From contig CAVWWD010000003.1 of the NCBI GenBank assembly GCA_963758635.1, positions 480,001 to 544,000 of the forward strand: DNA of 64,000 nt, read 5' to 3'. Origin of the DNA: an uncultured Candidatus Rokubacteria bacterium. Lineage in GTDB: Bacteria; Methylomirabilota; Methylomirabilia; Rokubacteriales; CSP1-6. This document shows positions 10,167 through 20,276 of this stretch, in pieces. The notes under the pieces are model-generated. The model made no database searches. It saw only the letters and a list, made by a program, of their open reading frames with translations, and was not told where the DNA came from. Every line of letters starts with the position of its first letter. Positions within the stretch are counted from its first letter, which is position 1. The position numbers were made by a program, and so were the translations under genes.

Positions 10167-13162
10167 ATGTTCGAGAGACCAGGACCGCTGGACTTCGTGG
10201 CCATCGCCCGCGACACGCTCGCCCAGTGGGATCGCGACCGCGTGTTCGAGCGCCTCGTCGCCCAGAACCGCGGCGGCCCGCGCTTTTCGTTCCTCGACGG
10301 GCCGATCACCGCCAACAACCCCATGGGCGTCCACCACGCGCGGGGCCGCACGTACAAGGACGTCTTCCAGCGCTACAAGGCGATGTGCGGCTTCGACCAG
10401 CGCTACCAGAACGGCTTCGACTGCCAGGGCCTCTGGGTCGAGGTCGAGGTGGAGAAAGCGCTCGGGCTGAACGACAAGCGCGCCATCGAGGAGATGGGGC
10501 TCGAGGCCTTCGCGCGCGCGTGCCGCGAGCGCGTGGTCCGCTTCGCCGCGCAGCAGACCGAGCAGTCACGCCGCCTCGGCCAGTGGATGGACTGGGACCG
10601 CTCGTACTTCACCATGGCGGACGACAACGTCGCGCACATCTGGCACTTCCTCCGGCGATGCCACGAGCGCGGCTGGATCGTGCGCGGCCACCGCGTCATG
10701 CCGTGGTGCACGCGCTGCGGCACGTCGATCTCGCAGCACGAGATGCTCGAGTCGCACGCGGAGCTGACGCACCCGTCCGTGGTCGTGGCCTTCCCCGTGA
10801 AGGATCGCGAGGGCAGCTTCCTCCTCGCGTGGACCACCACGCCGTGGACGCTGCCCGCCAACGTCGCCCTCGCCGTGCACCCGGAGCTGGCCTACGAGGC
10901 CGTGCAGGTGGGCGACCGGCGCTACTACGTGGCCGCGGCGGCCCGCCCGCGCCTGCCCGGCTTCACCGACGTGCGCGAGCGCCTGCCCGGCGCCGCCCTC
11001 GTGGGATGGCGCTACGCGGGGCCCTTCGACGACCTGCCCGCGCAGCAGGGCGTCGAGCATCGGGTGATCGAGTGGGACCAGGTGGCGGCGGACGAGGGCA
11101 CGGGCATCGTGCACATCGCCCCGGGCTGCGGCGAGGAGGACTTCGAGCTGGGCCGGCGCGACGGCCTCGCCGTCCTCGCGCCCGCCGACGAGGGCGGCGG
11201 CTACGTCGCCGGCTACGGTCCGCTCGAGGGCAAGCGCGTGGCCGAGGTGGCGCCCGAGATCGCATCGCGCCTGCGCGCCGCCGGCCTCCTCGTGCGCGAG
11301 GCTCCGCATCGCCACCGGTACCCGACGTGCTGGCGCTGCGGGCACGAGCTGATCTTCCGCGTGGTCGACGAGTGGTTCATCCGCGCCGACGAGGTGCGCC
11401 CCCGCGCCCTCGCCGCCAACGCGGGCGTGACGTGGCTGCCCGAGCACATGCGGCCTTCGCATGAACGACTGGCTCACGAACATGGGCGACTGGTGCATCT
11501 CGCGCAAGCGCTACTGGGGCCTGCCGCTGCCGTTCTACCCGTGCGGCGACTGCGGGCGGCTGACCGTGGTGGGCTCGCGGGCGGAGCTGCGCGCGCTCGC
11601 CGTGGACCCGGCGGCCGTGGACGCGCTGGAGGAGCTCCACCGGCCGTGGATCGACGCCGTCGCCGTCCGCTGCCCGGGCTGCGGCTCATCCGTGGCGCGG
11701 GTCGCCGAGGTCGGCGACTGCTGGCTCGACGCGGGCATCGTGCCCTTCTCCACGCTGCCGTACCTGACGGATCGCGAGGCGTGGGCGCGCTGGTTCCCGG
11801 CCGATCTCGTGGTGGAGATGGCGGCGCAGATCCGCGGCTGGTTCTACGCGCTCCTGTTCATGTCCGTGGCCCTCGAGGACCGCGCGCCGTACCGCGTGGT
11901 GGTGGCCCACGACCGCGTGCTCGGCGAGGACGGGCGCGAGATGCACAAGAGCTGGGGCAACGCGGTGTGGCTGGACGAGGCGCTCGACCGGATGGGGCCG
12001 GACGCCGTCCGCTACCTGTTCGCCGCGCACCCCATGGCCGATCCGATCCGCTTCGGCGAGGGCGCGGCGCGCGAGGTGACGCGCCGGTTCCTCACGCTCT
12101 GGAACGTGCTCGGGCTGTTCGTGACGTACGCGAACCTCGACCGCCCGGCGCTCGCCCCGGATGCCGCCGCGCCGAGCGGCGCCGAGGGGCTCGAGGCGTG
12201 GATCCTCTCGCGCCTGCAGACGACCGTGCGCGAGGTGCGGGGCGCGCTCGACGCGTACCAGCTCCGCCGGGCCCTCGCGGCGATCGAGGACTTCGTGCAG
12301 GAGGACCTGTCGAACTGGTACGTGCGGCGGCGCCGGCGGTGGTTCTGGAAGGGGGAGATGTCGGCGGACAAGGCGCAGGCGTACCGGACGCTCCACCACG
12401 TGCTGGTGCGCGTGGCGCAGCTCCTGGCGCCGGTGACGCCGTTCGTGGCCGAGCGCATGTACCGCACGCTCCTGGGCGACGGAGGCGGCCGGCGCGGAGG
12501 GGCTCGGCGCGGCCGCGGGCGGGATGCCGCCGAGCGTGCACCTCACCCGCTTCCCGGAGGCCGATCCCCGCCTCGAGCGGCCCGATCTCGAGGCCGCGGT
12601 GGCGTTCGTCCGCCGCGCGGCCACGCTCGGCCTCGCCGTGCGCAACGCCGCCGGTGTCCGCGTGCGCCAGCCGCTGGCGCGCGCCGTGGTGCGCGGCCCC
12701 GCGCCCCTGGTCGCGTGGCTTCCCACGTTCGCGGCGGACCTGGCCGACGAGCTGAACGTGGAGGCGGTGGAGGCCGTGGCCACCGACGGCGACGCGCCGT
12801 GGGCGCCGGCCGAGGGCGCGCGCGCGGCCACGGAGGGAGACCTGACCGTCGCCCTCGACCTCGCGCTCACCGACGGCCTCCGGCGCAAGGGGCTCGTGCG
12901 ACAGCTCGTGCACCAGGTCCAGCTCCTGAGGAAGTCGGCGGGCCTCGACGTGGACGACCGGATCCGGCTCGCCGTCGCGGCCGGCCCGGAGAGCCACGCC
13001 GCGTTCGACGAGCACCGCGACTACATCTGCGCCGAGACGCTCGCCCTCGACCTGGTGTTCGGCCCCGCGCCCCCGGGCTTCGTGAGCCGTGACGTGCGGC
13101 TCGACGCCGGCCCCGTCACCCTGGCCCTCGCGCGAGCGGACCGCCAGCAGGCGGCGTCCTGA
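10167..13162 (+). CDS. ileS: Isoleucine--tRNA ligase, type 2, with GVHH motif; frameshifts near 11455 and 12500
   Basis: FSFLDGPITANNPMGVHH; GFDCQGLWVE; WTTTPWTLPAN; GTGIVHIAP; DWCISRKRYWG; EMHKSWGN; LSNWYVRR; type-2-like tail (LRKSAGLDVDDRI). Confidence 0.93.
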
Positions 13163-13164
13163 CG

Positions 13165-13226
13165 GTCGCTCGTTCGGCGATCACGACTTCACGAGTGCCG
13201 ATGAAGGAATACCATCGGCAGGTCAC
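13165..13226 (-). pseudogene. Remnant 5' end of a VapC/PIN toxin
   Basis: GTG overlaps the antitoxin stop; SSALVK (13187-13204) and VIAE (13173-13184) resemble the PIN N-terminus, then sequence meets the ileS 3' end. Confidence 0.5.
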
Positions 13227-13496
13227 CGCTCGCGAGATCGAGAGCGGGCGAGGACGGTGCTGGGCAGCGGCCGGCCGCCGAGGGGCGCCAAGGGCCGGCC
13301 GAGGCCGAGGAGATCGCCGGTCGGGGGGATCACCCGCCCGCGGCGCACGAGGCGCTCGACGTGTCCCGCGCCTCGGAGAGGCACCAGCAGGGCCACCGGC
13401 CGACCGCGCACGGTGATCTCCACGCTGTGCCCGGCCTCGACCTAGCTAGGTATTCCTGGCGCGCTGGCGGAGCTCGCGTACGCCGATGGATTTCAT
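13223..13496 (-). CDS. Phd/YefM family antitoxin, broken near 13445 (probably two 1-nt sequencing deletions)
   Basis: MKSIGVRELRQRA..VEAGHSVEITVRGRPVALLVP; adding two bases restores RASEYLARVEAG. Confidence 0.8.
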
Positions 13497-13499
13497 GGT

Positions 13500-13512
13500 G
13501 CTACATTGTAGC
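13500..13512 (-). promoter_or_regulatory. Palindromic operator overlapping -10 box TACAAT
   Basis: Minus strand GCTACA-A-TGTAGC; TACAAT lies 8 nt before the antitoxin ATG. Confidence 0.65.
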
Positions 13513-13537
13513 CTCACCCTCTGCCCCGACCGCTGCG

Positions 13538-14935
13538 TCAGAGCGGCCAGCCGCTGTCCTCCACCACGCGGGCCACGCGGTCGAGCTCCGCGTCCACCAC
13601 CGCCGGCCACGCGGAGGCCTGACCGCGCCAGCCGAGGCGCTCGAGGAAGCGCTGGCGGTAGGCGGCGTCGTCCATGAGGCCGTGGAGGTACACACCCCAC
13701 ACGTTGCCGGCCTGCCAGCCGAGGCCGTCGCCCAGGTGCGCGGAGAGCGCGGGGCCGGCCTCCGTCCGTCCGTGGTGGATCTCGTAGCCCGCGACCTCGC
13801 CGCCGTCCATCCAGCGCGCGGTGCGCTGCCGCGTGACCTTCTCCGGGCCGAGCGTGGTGACCAGGTCGAGGAGGCCCAGGCCGGGCGCGTCGCCGCCCTC
13901 GACGCCGTCGGGGTCGCGGATCTCGCGCCCGAGGATCTGGAGGCCGCCGCACACGCCGAGCACGGGAATGCCCGCGCGCGCCGCGCGCGTGACCTGGGCG
14001 GCCAGGCCCGTCTCGCGCAGGAAGCCGAGGCTCGCCACCGTGTGCTTGCTGCCGGGCAGCACGATGGCGTCGAACGCGTCGAGGGCCGTGGCCTCGCGCA
14101 CCGGCACGAGCTGCACGCCCGGCTCGAAGCGGAGCGCGTCGAACTCGTCGAGGTTCGACGCGTACGGATAGGCGATCAGCGCGATGTTGATCGCGTCGCG
14201 CGCCGGCGACGCGCGGTGGTGCAGGGTGTCCTCCTCGGGCAGCCGGTGCCGGATCATCGGGACGAGGGCGACGGTGGGCACGCCGGTGCGCGCGCGGAGC
14301 CACTCGCGCGCGTCGCCCAGCAGCGAGGGGTCGCCGCGGAACTTGTTCAGGACGAAGCCGCGGACGCGCGCCTGCTCCTCGGGGGCGAGGCACTGCCAGG
14401 TCCCCAGGAGGTGGGCGAAGGCGCCGCCGCGGTCGATGTCGGCCACCAGGTACACGTCGGCCCGCGCCTCGAGCGCGACCCGCATGTTCACGATGTCGGT
14501 GGCGCGGAGGTTCACCTCGGCCGGGCTGCCCGCGCCCTCGATCACCACCTGCTCGTACTCGGCGAGGAGCCCGTGGAGCGCGGCGCGCACCGCGGGCCAG
14601 AGCGTCTCCGCGCGCTCGCCCCACGGCAGGCCGCTCGCGTGCGCGTCCACCTTCCCCATGACGACGGCCTGGCTCGCGGTGTCGGACATGGGCTTGAGGA
14701 GCACGGGGTTCATGCGCGGCTCGGGCACGACCCGCGCGGCCAGGGCCTGGAGGTACTGGGCGCGGCCGATCTCGCCGCCGCCGGCGGTGACGGCGGCGTT
14801 GTTGCTCATGTTCTGGGCCTTGAAGGGCGCCACCCGCACGCCGCGGTTGGCGAGGGCGCGGCAGAGGCCGGCGACGAGGAACGACTTGCCGGCGTCGCTC
14901 GTGCACCCCATGACCATGATCGGGGGGCGGCGCAC
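13538..14935 (-). CDS. cobQ: Cobyric acid synthase
   Basis: GCTSDAGKS; PFKAQNMSNN; IEGAGSPAEVNLR; DIDRGG; GVCGGLQ; GYEIHHG; GVYLHG. Confidence 0.93.
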   Translation of the reverse strand: MRRPPIMVMGCTSDAGKSFLVAGLCRALANRGVRVAPFKAQNMSNNAAVTAGGGEIGRAQYLQALAARVVPEPRMNPVLLKPMSDTASQAVVMGKVDAHASGLPWGERAETLWPAVRAALHGLLAEYEQVVIEGAGSPAEVNLRATDIVNMRVALEARADVYLVADIDRGGAFAHLLGTWQCLAPEEQARVRGFVLNKFRGDPSLLGDAREWLRARTGVPTVALVPMIRHRLPEEDTLHHRASPARDAINIALIAYPYASNLDEFDALRFEPGVQLVPVREATALDAFDAIVLPGSKHTVASLGFLRETGLAAQVTRAARAGIPVLGVCGGLQILGREIRDPDGVEGGDAPGLGLLDLVTTLGPEKVTRQRTARWMDGGEVAGYEIHHGRTEAGPALSAHLGDGLGWQAGNVWGVYLHGLMDDAAYRQRFLERLGWRGQASAWPAVVDAELDRVARVVEDSGWPL

Positions 14936-14955
14936 GAGGACGCCCGGGCGATCGG

Positions 14956-16296
14956 TCAGCCGAGGAAGTCCCGGCAGAGCGCGTCCCACATGGTGGCGGA
15001 CAGCCGGAGGCTCTCCGTGTCCACGCGCTCGTCGTTGCCGTGGAACATCGCCGGGTACTCGGTGTAGGGGATGCGCATCGAGTGCAGGCCGAACCCGTAC
15101 GAGGGGATGCCGCGCCACCGGAAGAAGCGCGCGTCGGTCCCGCCCGTGGTGAGCGAGGGCACCACGCGGCTGCCCGGCATCAGCGTGCCGGCGACGCGGC
15201 GGATCGCGTCGGCCAGCGGCGTGTCGAACGAGGACATGGAGCCGTCCCACGGCTTGCCGGTGATCTCCACGCGGTCGGCCAGGTCGCCGAGGGCGTGGCG
15301 CAGCATGGCCAGCAGCTCCTCGTTGGTCACGCCGGGCAGCGTGCGGATGTCCACCTCGACCTCCACGCGATCGGGGATCACGTTCACCTTGGTGCCGCCG
15401 TGGACCACGTTGGGCGAGAACGTGGTGTGGGTGCAGGCGTGCGCCTCGCGCGCCAGCGGCATGTTGTCGAGGTCGCGCGCCGCTTCCCAGACGCGGTCGG
15501 GATCGGTGAGGGCGGCGGTCAGCTCGGCGTCGAGGCCGAGCGACTCCACCGACTGCCGCCAGACGTCGAGGATCTGCGCCTTGGGCCGGTACTCGGCCAG
15601 GCGCTGGACGACGCACGCCGCGGTGACCAGGGCGTTGTCGGTGCGGAACGGGCGCGAGCCGTGCCCGGGCGTGCCCTTGATGACGATCTTCCGCCAGTTG
15701 GCGCCCTTCTCGCCGACGGTGGCGCGGAGCACCGGACCCGACGGGGTGGGGATGGGCACGCCGCCGCTCTCCGTGATGACGTAGTCGCACTTCACCGCCT
15801 CGGACTCGCGCTTCACCATGTGGTCGGCGCCGTAGTCGCCGCCCGCCTCCTCGTCGGCCACGGCCAGGTAGATGAGCGTGCCGCGCGGCCGCCAGTCGCT
15901 CTTGGCGAGCCGGCGCGTGGCCACCGCCATCGTCGAGGTCAGGTTGAGCATGTCGATGGCGCCGCGGCCCCACACCACGCCGTCGACCAGCTCGCCGCCG
16001 AACGGGTCGCGGCTCCAGCCCGCGGGGTTCACGGGGACGACGTCGGTGTGGCCCATCAGGAGGAGCGTCGGCGCCTTCGGGTCGCTGCCCTCGATGCGCG
16101 TGATCAGGCTCGTGCGCCCGGGCGAGCTGGTGTAGCGCTCGACGGACAGCCCCGAGCCCGCGAAGAAGTCCTCGAGCGCGTCCACGCTGCGCGTCTCCTG
16201 GCCCGAGGCCTCGGTGCCGTCGTTGACGCACGCGTTCCGGATGAGGGTGCGCAGCAGCTCCGTCGCCTGGGTCTCCACCGCCTGCTCGTCGCTCAC
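14956..16296 (-). CDS. M20/M25/M40 family metallo-hydrolase
   Basis: GHTDVVP; WGRGAIDM; ADEEAGG; GTPGHGS; GGTDARF; FHGNDE. Confidence 0.9.
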   Translation of the reverse strand: MSDEQAVETQATELLRTLIRNACVNDGTEASGQETRSVDALEDFFAGSGLSVERYTSSPGRTSLITRIEGSDPKAPTLLLMGHTDVVPVNPAGWSRDPFGGELVDGVVWGRGAIDMLNLTSTMAVATRRLAKSDWRPRGTLIYLAVADEEAGGDYGADHMVKRESEAVKCDYVITESGGVPIPTPSGPVLRATVGEKGANWRKIVIKGTPGHGSRPFRTDNALVTAACVVQRLAEYRPKAQILDVWRQSVESLGLDAELTAALTDPDRVWEAARDLDNMPLAREAHACTHTTFSPNVVHGGTKVNVIPDRVEVEVDIRTLPGVTNEELLAMLRHALGDLADRVEITGKPWDGSMSSFDTPLADAIRRVAGTLMPGSRVVPSLTTGGTDARFFRWRGIPSYGFGLHSMRIPYTEYPAMFHGNDERVDTESLRLSATMWDALCRDFLG

Positions 16297-16317
16297 GCTC
16301 TCGCCTCCTGGGGATCA

Positions 16318-16410
16318 GGTTGTGACGGACGCAGATTCGACTTCGCCGTGCGGGCCAACACCGCGATTCTGCGTCCACTCGCGGCGCCACCTCGCCAATT
16401 CATTCAAACT
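16318..16410. repeat. About 94-bp dispersed repeat, copy 1 (MITE-like or structured element)
   Basis: Aligns end to end with 26478-26572; identical 25-bp core GCGGGCCAACACCGCGATTCTGCGT. Confidence 0.75.
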
Positions 16411-16494
16411 GGTGATACCGGATCGGGCCGGACGCGGCTCAGCGCCGGCGCCGCCTTGACCGGGCGGCGGGCCTCATCATACCGTCTCCGCGGG

Positions 16495-17439
16495 ATGACG
16501 GGCGCGCCGATCACGCCACGACGCAGCGTGCTGTTCATGCCCGCGTCGAACGCCCGCGCGCTGGAGAAGGCGCGCACGCTCGACGCGGACGCGCTCGCCT
16601 TCGACCTGGAGGACGCGGTGGCGCCCGCCGCCAAGACCGAGGCGCGCGCGCTCGCCGTGGCGGCGGCGGGGAGCGGCGGCTACGGCTCGCGCGAGGTGGT
16701 GGTGCGCGTCAACGCGCTGGCCACGCCGTGGGGACGCGACGACCTCGGCGCGGTGGCGCGGTCGGGCCTGGACGCCGTGCTCCTGCCGAAGGTGGAGTCG
16801 CCGGCCGAGGCGCGCGAGGCGCTGGCCGTCCTCGCCGCGGCCGGCGCGCCCGCGTCCGTCTCGGCTCTGGTGCATGCTCGAGACGCCGCGCGGCATCCTG
16901 GCCGCCGACGCCATCGCCGGGGCCGACCCGCGCGTGGGCGCGCTCGTGATGGGCACCTCGGACCTGACCAAGGACCTCCGGGCGCGCCACGTGCCCGGCC
17001 GCCAGCCGATGCTGACCAGCCTCGGGCTGTGCGTCCTCGCCGCGCGCGCCCACGGCATCGCCGCGCTGGACGGCGTCCACCTGGACCTGGCCGACGACGA
17101 GGGCTTCGCCGCGGCGTGCCGCCAGGCCCGCGACATGGGGTTCGACGGGAAGACCCTGATCCACCCGAAGCAGCTCGCCGTCGCCAACGCGGCCTTCGCG
17201 CCCAGCGCGGAGGAGATCGACTGGGCGCGCCGCGTGATCGCCGCGCACGCCGAGGCCGAGCGCGCCGGGCGCGGCGTGGTGCTCTCGACGGCCGGCTCGT
17301 GGAGAACCTCCACGTCGAGGACGCCCACCGCGTCGCGCGCCTGGCCGAGGCGATCGCTTCCGCCGCGGCAGCCCTGACTCTCCCTCGCAGACCGGTCCGG
17401 CGGCCGCCGCGCCGGTGCCACTCCGTGGCCCGCTCGTAG
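16495..17439 (+). CDS. CoA ester lyase (CitE/malyl-CoA lyase family); frameshifts near 16862 and 17285, 3' end uncertain
   Basis: RRSVLFMPAS; FDLEDAV; VRVN; LPKVES; ETPRG; GTSDL; GFDGKTLIHPKQ. Confidence 0.88.
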   Translation: MTGAPITPRRSVLFMPASNARALEKARTLDADALAFDLEDAVAPAAKTEARALAVAAAGSGGYGSREVVVRVNALATPWGRDDLGAVARSGLDAVLLPKVESPAEAREALAVLAAAGAPASVSALVHARDAARHPGRRRHRRGRPARGRARDGHLGPDQGPPGAPRARPPADADQPRAVRPRRARPRHRRAGRRPPGPGRRRGLRRGVPPGPRHGVRREDPDPPEAARRRQRGLRAQRGGDRLGAPRDRRARRGRARRARRGALDGRLVENLHVEDAHRVARLAEAIASAAAALTLPRRPVRRPPRRCHSVARS

Positions 17440-18780
17440 GCGTGGCCCGCCCGGAGCACGGTGGCCTCGTCGAAGGGCCGTCCCGCGAGCTGGAGCGACA
17501 GCGGCAGCCCGCCGGGCGAGAAGCCGCAGGGAAGCGCGAGCGCGGGCAGCCCCGTCATGTTGAACGGCGGCATGTTGCTCCGCGCGAACGGGAAGTCGGG
17601 GTCCCACACCGTGGCGAAGGACGGCGCGGCGACGATGGCGGTGGGGCTCGCCAGGAGGTCCACCTCGCGCAGCACCGCGTCCACCGACGCGCGCATGCGC
17701 GCCCGGAGCCTGAGCGCCTGGACGTACTCCGCGCCGGTGAAGAGCCCGCCGATCATCATCTTCTCGCGCAGCACGTCTCCGAAGAGCTCGGGCCGCCGGC
17801 GCAGGTCCGCCTCGTGGTACGCGAACGCCTCGGTGAGCATGATGACCATGAACGCGGGCGAGTCGGCGACGTGGGGGACCTCGACGCTCCGCACGTCCGC
17901 GCCGAGCTTGCCGAGCGCACGCACCGCCTCCTCGAAGGCCGACGCCATCTCCGGCGCTATCCCGTCGTGGAAGTACGCGCGCGGCACGCCGATGCGCAGC
18001 CCCTTCACGCCGCCCCCGATGCCCGACACGTAGTCGCCGACGGGCGCGGGGCTCGACGCCGGGTCGGTGGCGTCGTATCCGGCCAGCGCCTGCAGCAGGT
18101 ACGCGCAGTCCTCGACGGTGCGGGCCATCGGCCCGGTGTGGTCGAGCGTCCAGGACAGCGGCACCACGCCGGCCCGGCTCACGCGGCCGTACGTGGGCTT
18201 GAGCCCGGCGATGCCGCAGAACGCCGCCGGCCCGCGGATGGAGCCGCCCGTGTCCGAGCCGAGCGCGCCCACGGTGAGCCCGGCGGCGAGCGCGGCGCCG
18301 GAGCCGCTGGAGGAGCCGCCCGGGATGTGGTCCGTGTTCCACGGGTTGCGGGCGGCGGGGAAGCGATGGCTCGGGAACTGGATGCCGAAGGCGAACTCGT
18401 GGGTGATGAGCTTGCCGAGCATCACCATGCCCGCGTCCTGGAGCCGCGTCACGCACGTCGAGTCCTGGGTGGGCACCCAGTCGGCGAGGAGCGCCGAGCC
18501 CGCGGTGGTCAGGATGCCGCGCGTCGCGTAGAGGTCCTTGTACGCGATGGGCACGCCGGCGAGCGGGCCCGGCGTTGCCGCCGCGGATGGCCGCCTCGGC
18601 CGCGCGCGCGTCGGCGAGCGCCCGCTCCGCCGTGACCGTGAGGAAGGCGTGCAGCGTCTTGTCGATCCGCTCGATGCGCCGGAGGCAGTCGGTCGCGTAC
18701 TCGACGGGCGACAGCTCGCGGCTCCGGAAGAGCCGCGAGAGCTCGGCGACGCCCGCGTAGGCCAGGTCAGGCGCGGCCAC
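17390..18780 (-). CDS. Amidase (amidase-signature, GatA/AtzE-like); frameshift near 18575, 3' end approximate
   Basis: PIAYKDL; GGSSSGSGAALAAG; GSDTGGSIRGPA; GLKPTYGRVSR. Confidence 0.9.
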
Positions 18781-18985
18781 GGCGATGCTCCTCGGCGGCG
18801 GCGTCGAAGGTGACCGCGGGCTCGAGCGGCTGGGCGTCGCGGGGATCCACCGCGCGAAGCGGCCGGAGCGCGTCGGCCAGGAAGCGCTGGACGAGGCGCT
18901 CGCGCGCCTCCGGGATGGGCAGACCGCTCAGGCGGATCCGCGCGCGCGTCTCCTCGAGCGTGATGTCGGGCGTGCTCTCGGGCAT
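18767..18985 (-). CDS. Small amidase-associated protein (AtzG/GatC-like)
   Basis: 72 aa with EPAVTF near the C-terminus; overlaps the amidase start; GGAGG RBS. Confidence 0.55.
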   Translation of the reverse strand: MPESTPDITLEETRARIRLSGLPIPEARERLVQRFLADALRPLRAVDPRDAQPLEPAVTFDAAAEEHRRGRA

Positions 18986-19223
18986 GGCGACCTCCTCCGC
19001 CCGGCCGGGCTCGACCTCGCCGCGCCGGGCTCGTGGTGACTGGCATGCTACCGGCGCCCGCGCGCGGCCACAAGGGCCACGCGGAGCGGAACGCGGCGGC
19101 CGGCTTGACGATGTCGGCGTCGGCAGCGCATAGTCCGCCCGACGCGCGACGACCGCGGCGGCCGCGGCCCCGCGCTCCCGTCACCCGAAAGGACCCTTCG
19201 CTCGTGCCACGAGGAGACATCGC

Positions 19224-20276
19224 ATGAACGCATCGATCTCACGTCGTGGCGTCCGGAGCCTCGTGCTGGCCGGCGCCGTCGCGCTCCTCGCCGCGTCCGG
19301 CGCCGCTCCCGCGCGCGCCCAGGGCACGCTCACGCTCTACTGCAGCGTCCAGCTCGAGTGGTGCCAGGCGGTGGCCAACGAGTTCGGGCGGCAGACGGGC
19401 ATCCGCGTGGCCATGACCCAGAAGGGCTCGGGCGAGGTCTTCGCGCAGGTCAAGGCGGAGGCGGCGAACCCGAAGGCCGACGTGTGGTTCGGCGGCACCG
19501 GCGACCCGCATCTCCAGGCCGCGGAGGAGAACCTCACCGTGGCCTACACGTCGCCGAACCTGGCCCAGCTCCATCCGTGGGCGGTGCGCCAGGCCGAGCA
19601 GTCGGGCTTCCGCACCGTCGGGATCTACGCCGGCGCGCTCGGCTTCAGCTACAACACCGAGATCCTCAAGAAGAAGGGCCTCGATCCGCCGCGGTGCTGG
19701 TCGGATCTGCTGAAGCCCGGCTTCAAGGGCGAGATCCAGATGGCGAACCCGAACTCCTCGGGCACCGCCTACACCGCGGTGGCGACGCTGGTGCAGGTGA
19801 TGGGCGAGGGGCCCGCCTTCGAGTACCTCAAGAAGCTCCACGCGAGCATCAACCAGTACACGAAGTCCGGCGTGGGGCCGGTCAAGGCGGCGGCGCGCGG
19901 CGAGACGACGGTGGGGATCAGCTTCGTGCACGACGTCGTCACCGAGGTGCAGGCCGGCTTCCCGGTGGCGAGCGCCACGCCGTGCGAGGGCACGGGCTAC
20001 GAGATCGGGTCGCTCAGCATCGTGAACCGCGCGCGGAACCTGGACGGCGCCAGGCGCTTCGTGGACTGGGCCCTCACCCCGCCGGCGCAGGCGCTCGGCG
20101 CGAAGAGCAAGCAGTTCCAGGTGCCGTCCAACCGCGGCTCGGAGATCCCGAAGGAAGCGCCGAAGCTCGCGGAGATGAAGCTCATCGACTACGACTTCAA
20201 GAAGTACGGATCCTCCGCGGAGCGCCGGCGGCTCCTCGAGAAGTGGGACAAGGAGGTCAACGCGCTCCCGCGGTGA
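19224..20276 (+). CDS. Fe3+/sugar-phosphate-type ABC transporter substrate-binding protein
   Basis: Signal peptide; KADVWFGGTGDPH; ANPNSSGTAY; PCEGTGYEIG. Confidence 0.9.
   Translation: MNASISRRGVRSLVLAGAVALLAASGAAPARAQGTLTLYCSVQLEWCQAVANEFGRQTGIRVAMTQKGSGEVFAQVKAEAANPKADVWFGGTGDPHLQAAEENLTVAYTSPNLAQLHPWAVRQAEQSGFRTVGIYAGALGFSYNTEILKKKGLDPPRCWSDLLKPGFKGEIQMANPNSSGTAYTAVATLVQVMGEGPAFEYLKKLHASINQYTKSGVGPVKAAARGETTVGISFVHDVVTEVQAGFPVASATPCEGTGYEIGSLSIVNRARNLDGARRFVDWALTPPAQALGAKSKQFQVPSNRGSEIPKEAPKLAEMKLIDYDFKKYGSSAERRRLLEKWDKEVNALPR

Noticed and set aside
13441..13450. CTAGCTAG as an IS excision footprint in the antitoxin
   Set aside because: Adding two single bases restores RASEYLARVEAG, so sequencing deletions are simpler.
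17390..18985. gatCA of tRNA amidotransferase
   Set aside because: No gatB nearby; generic amidase features only.
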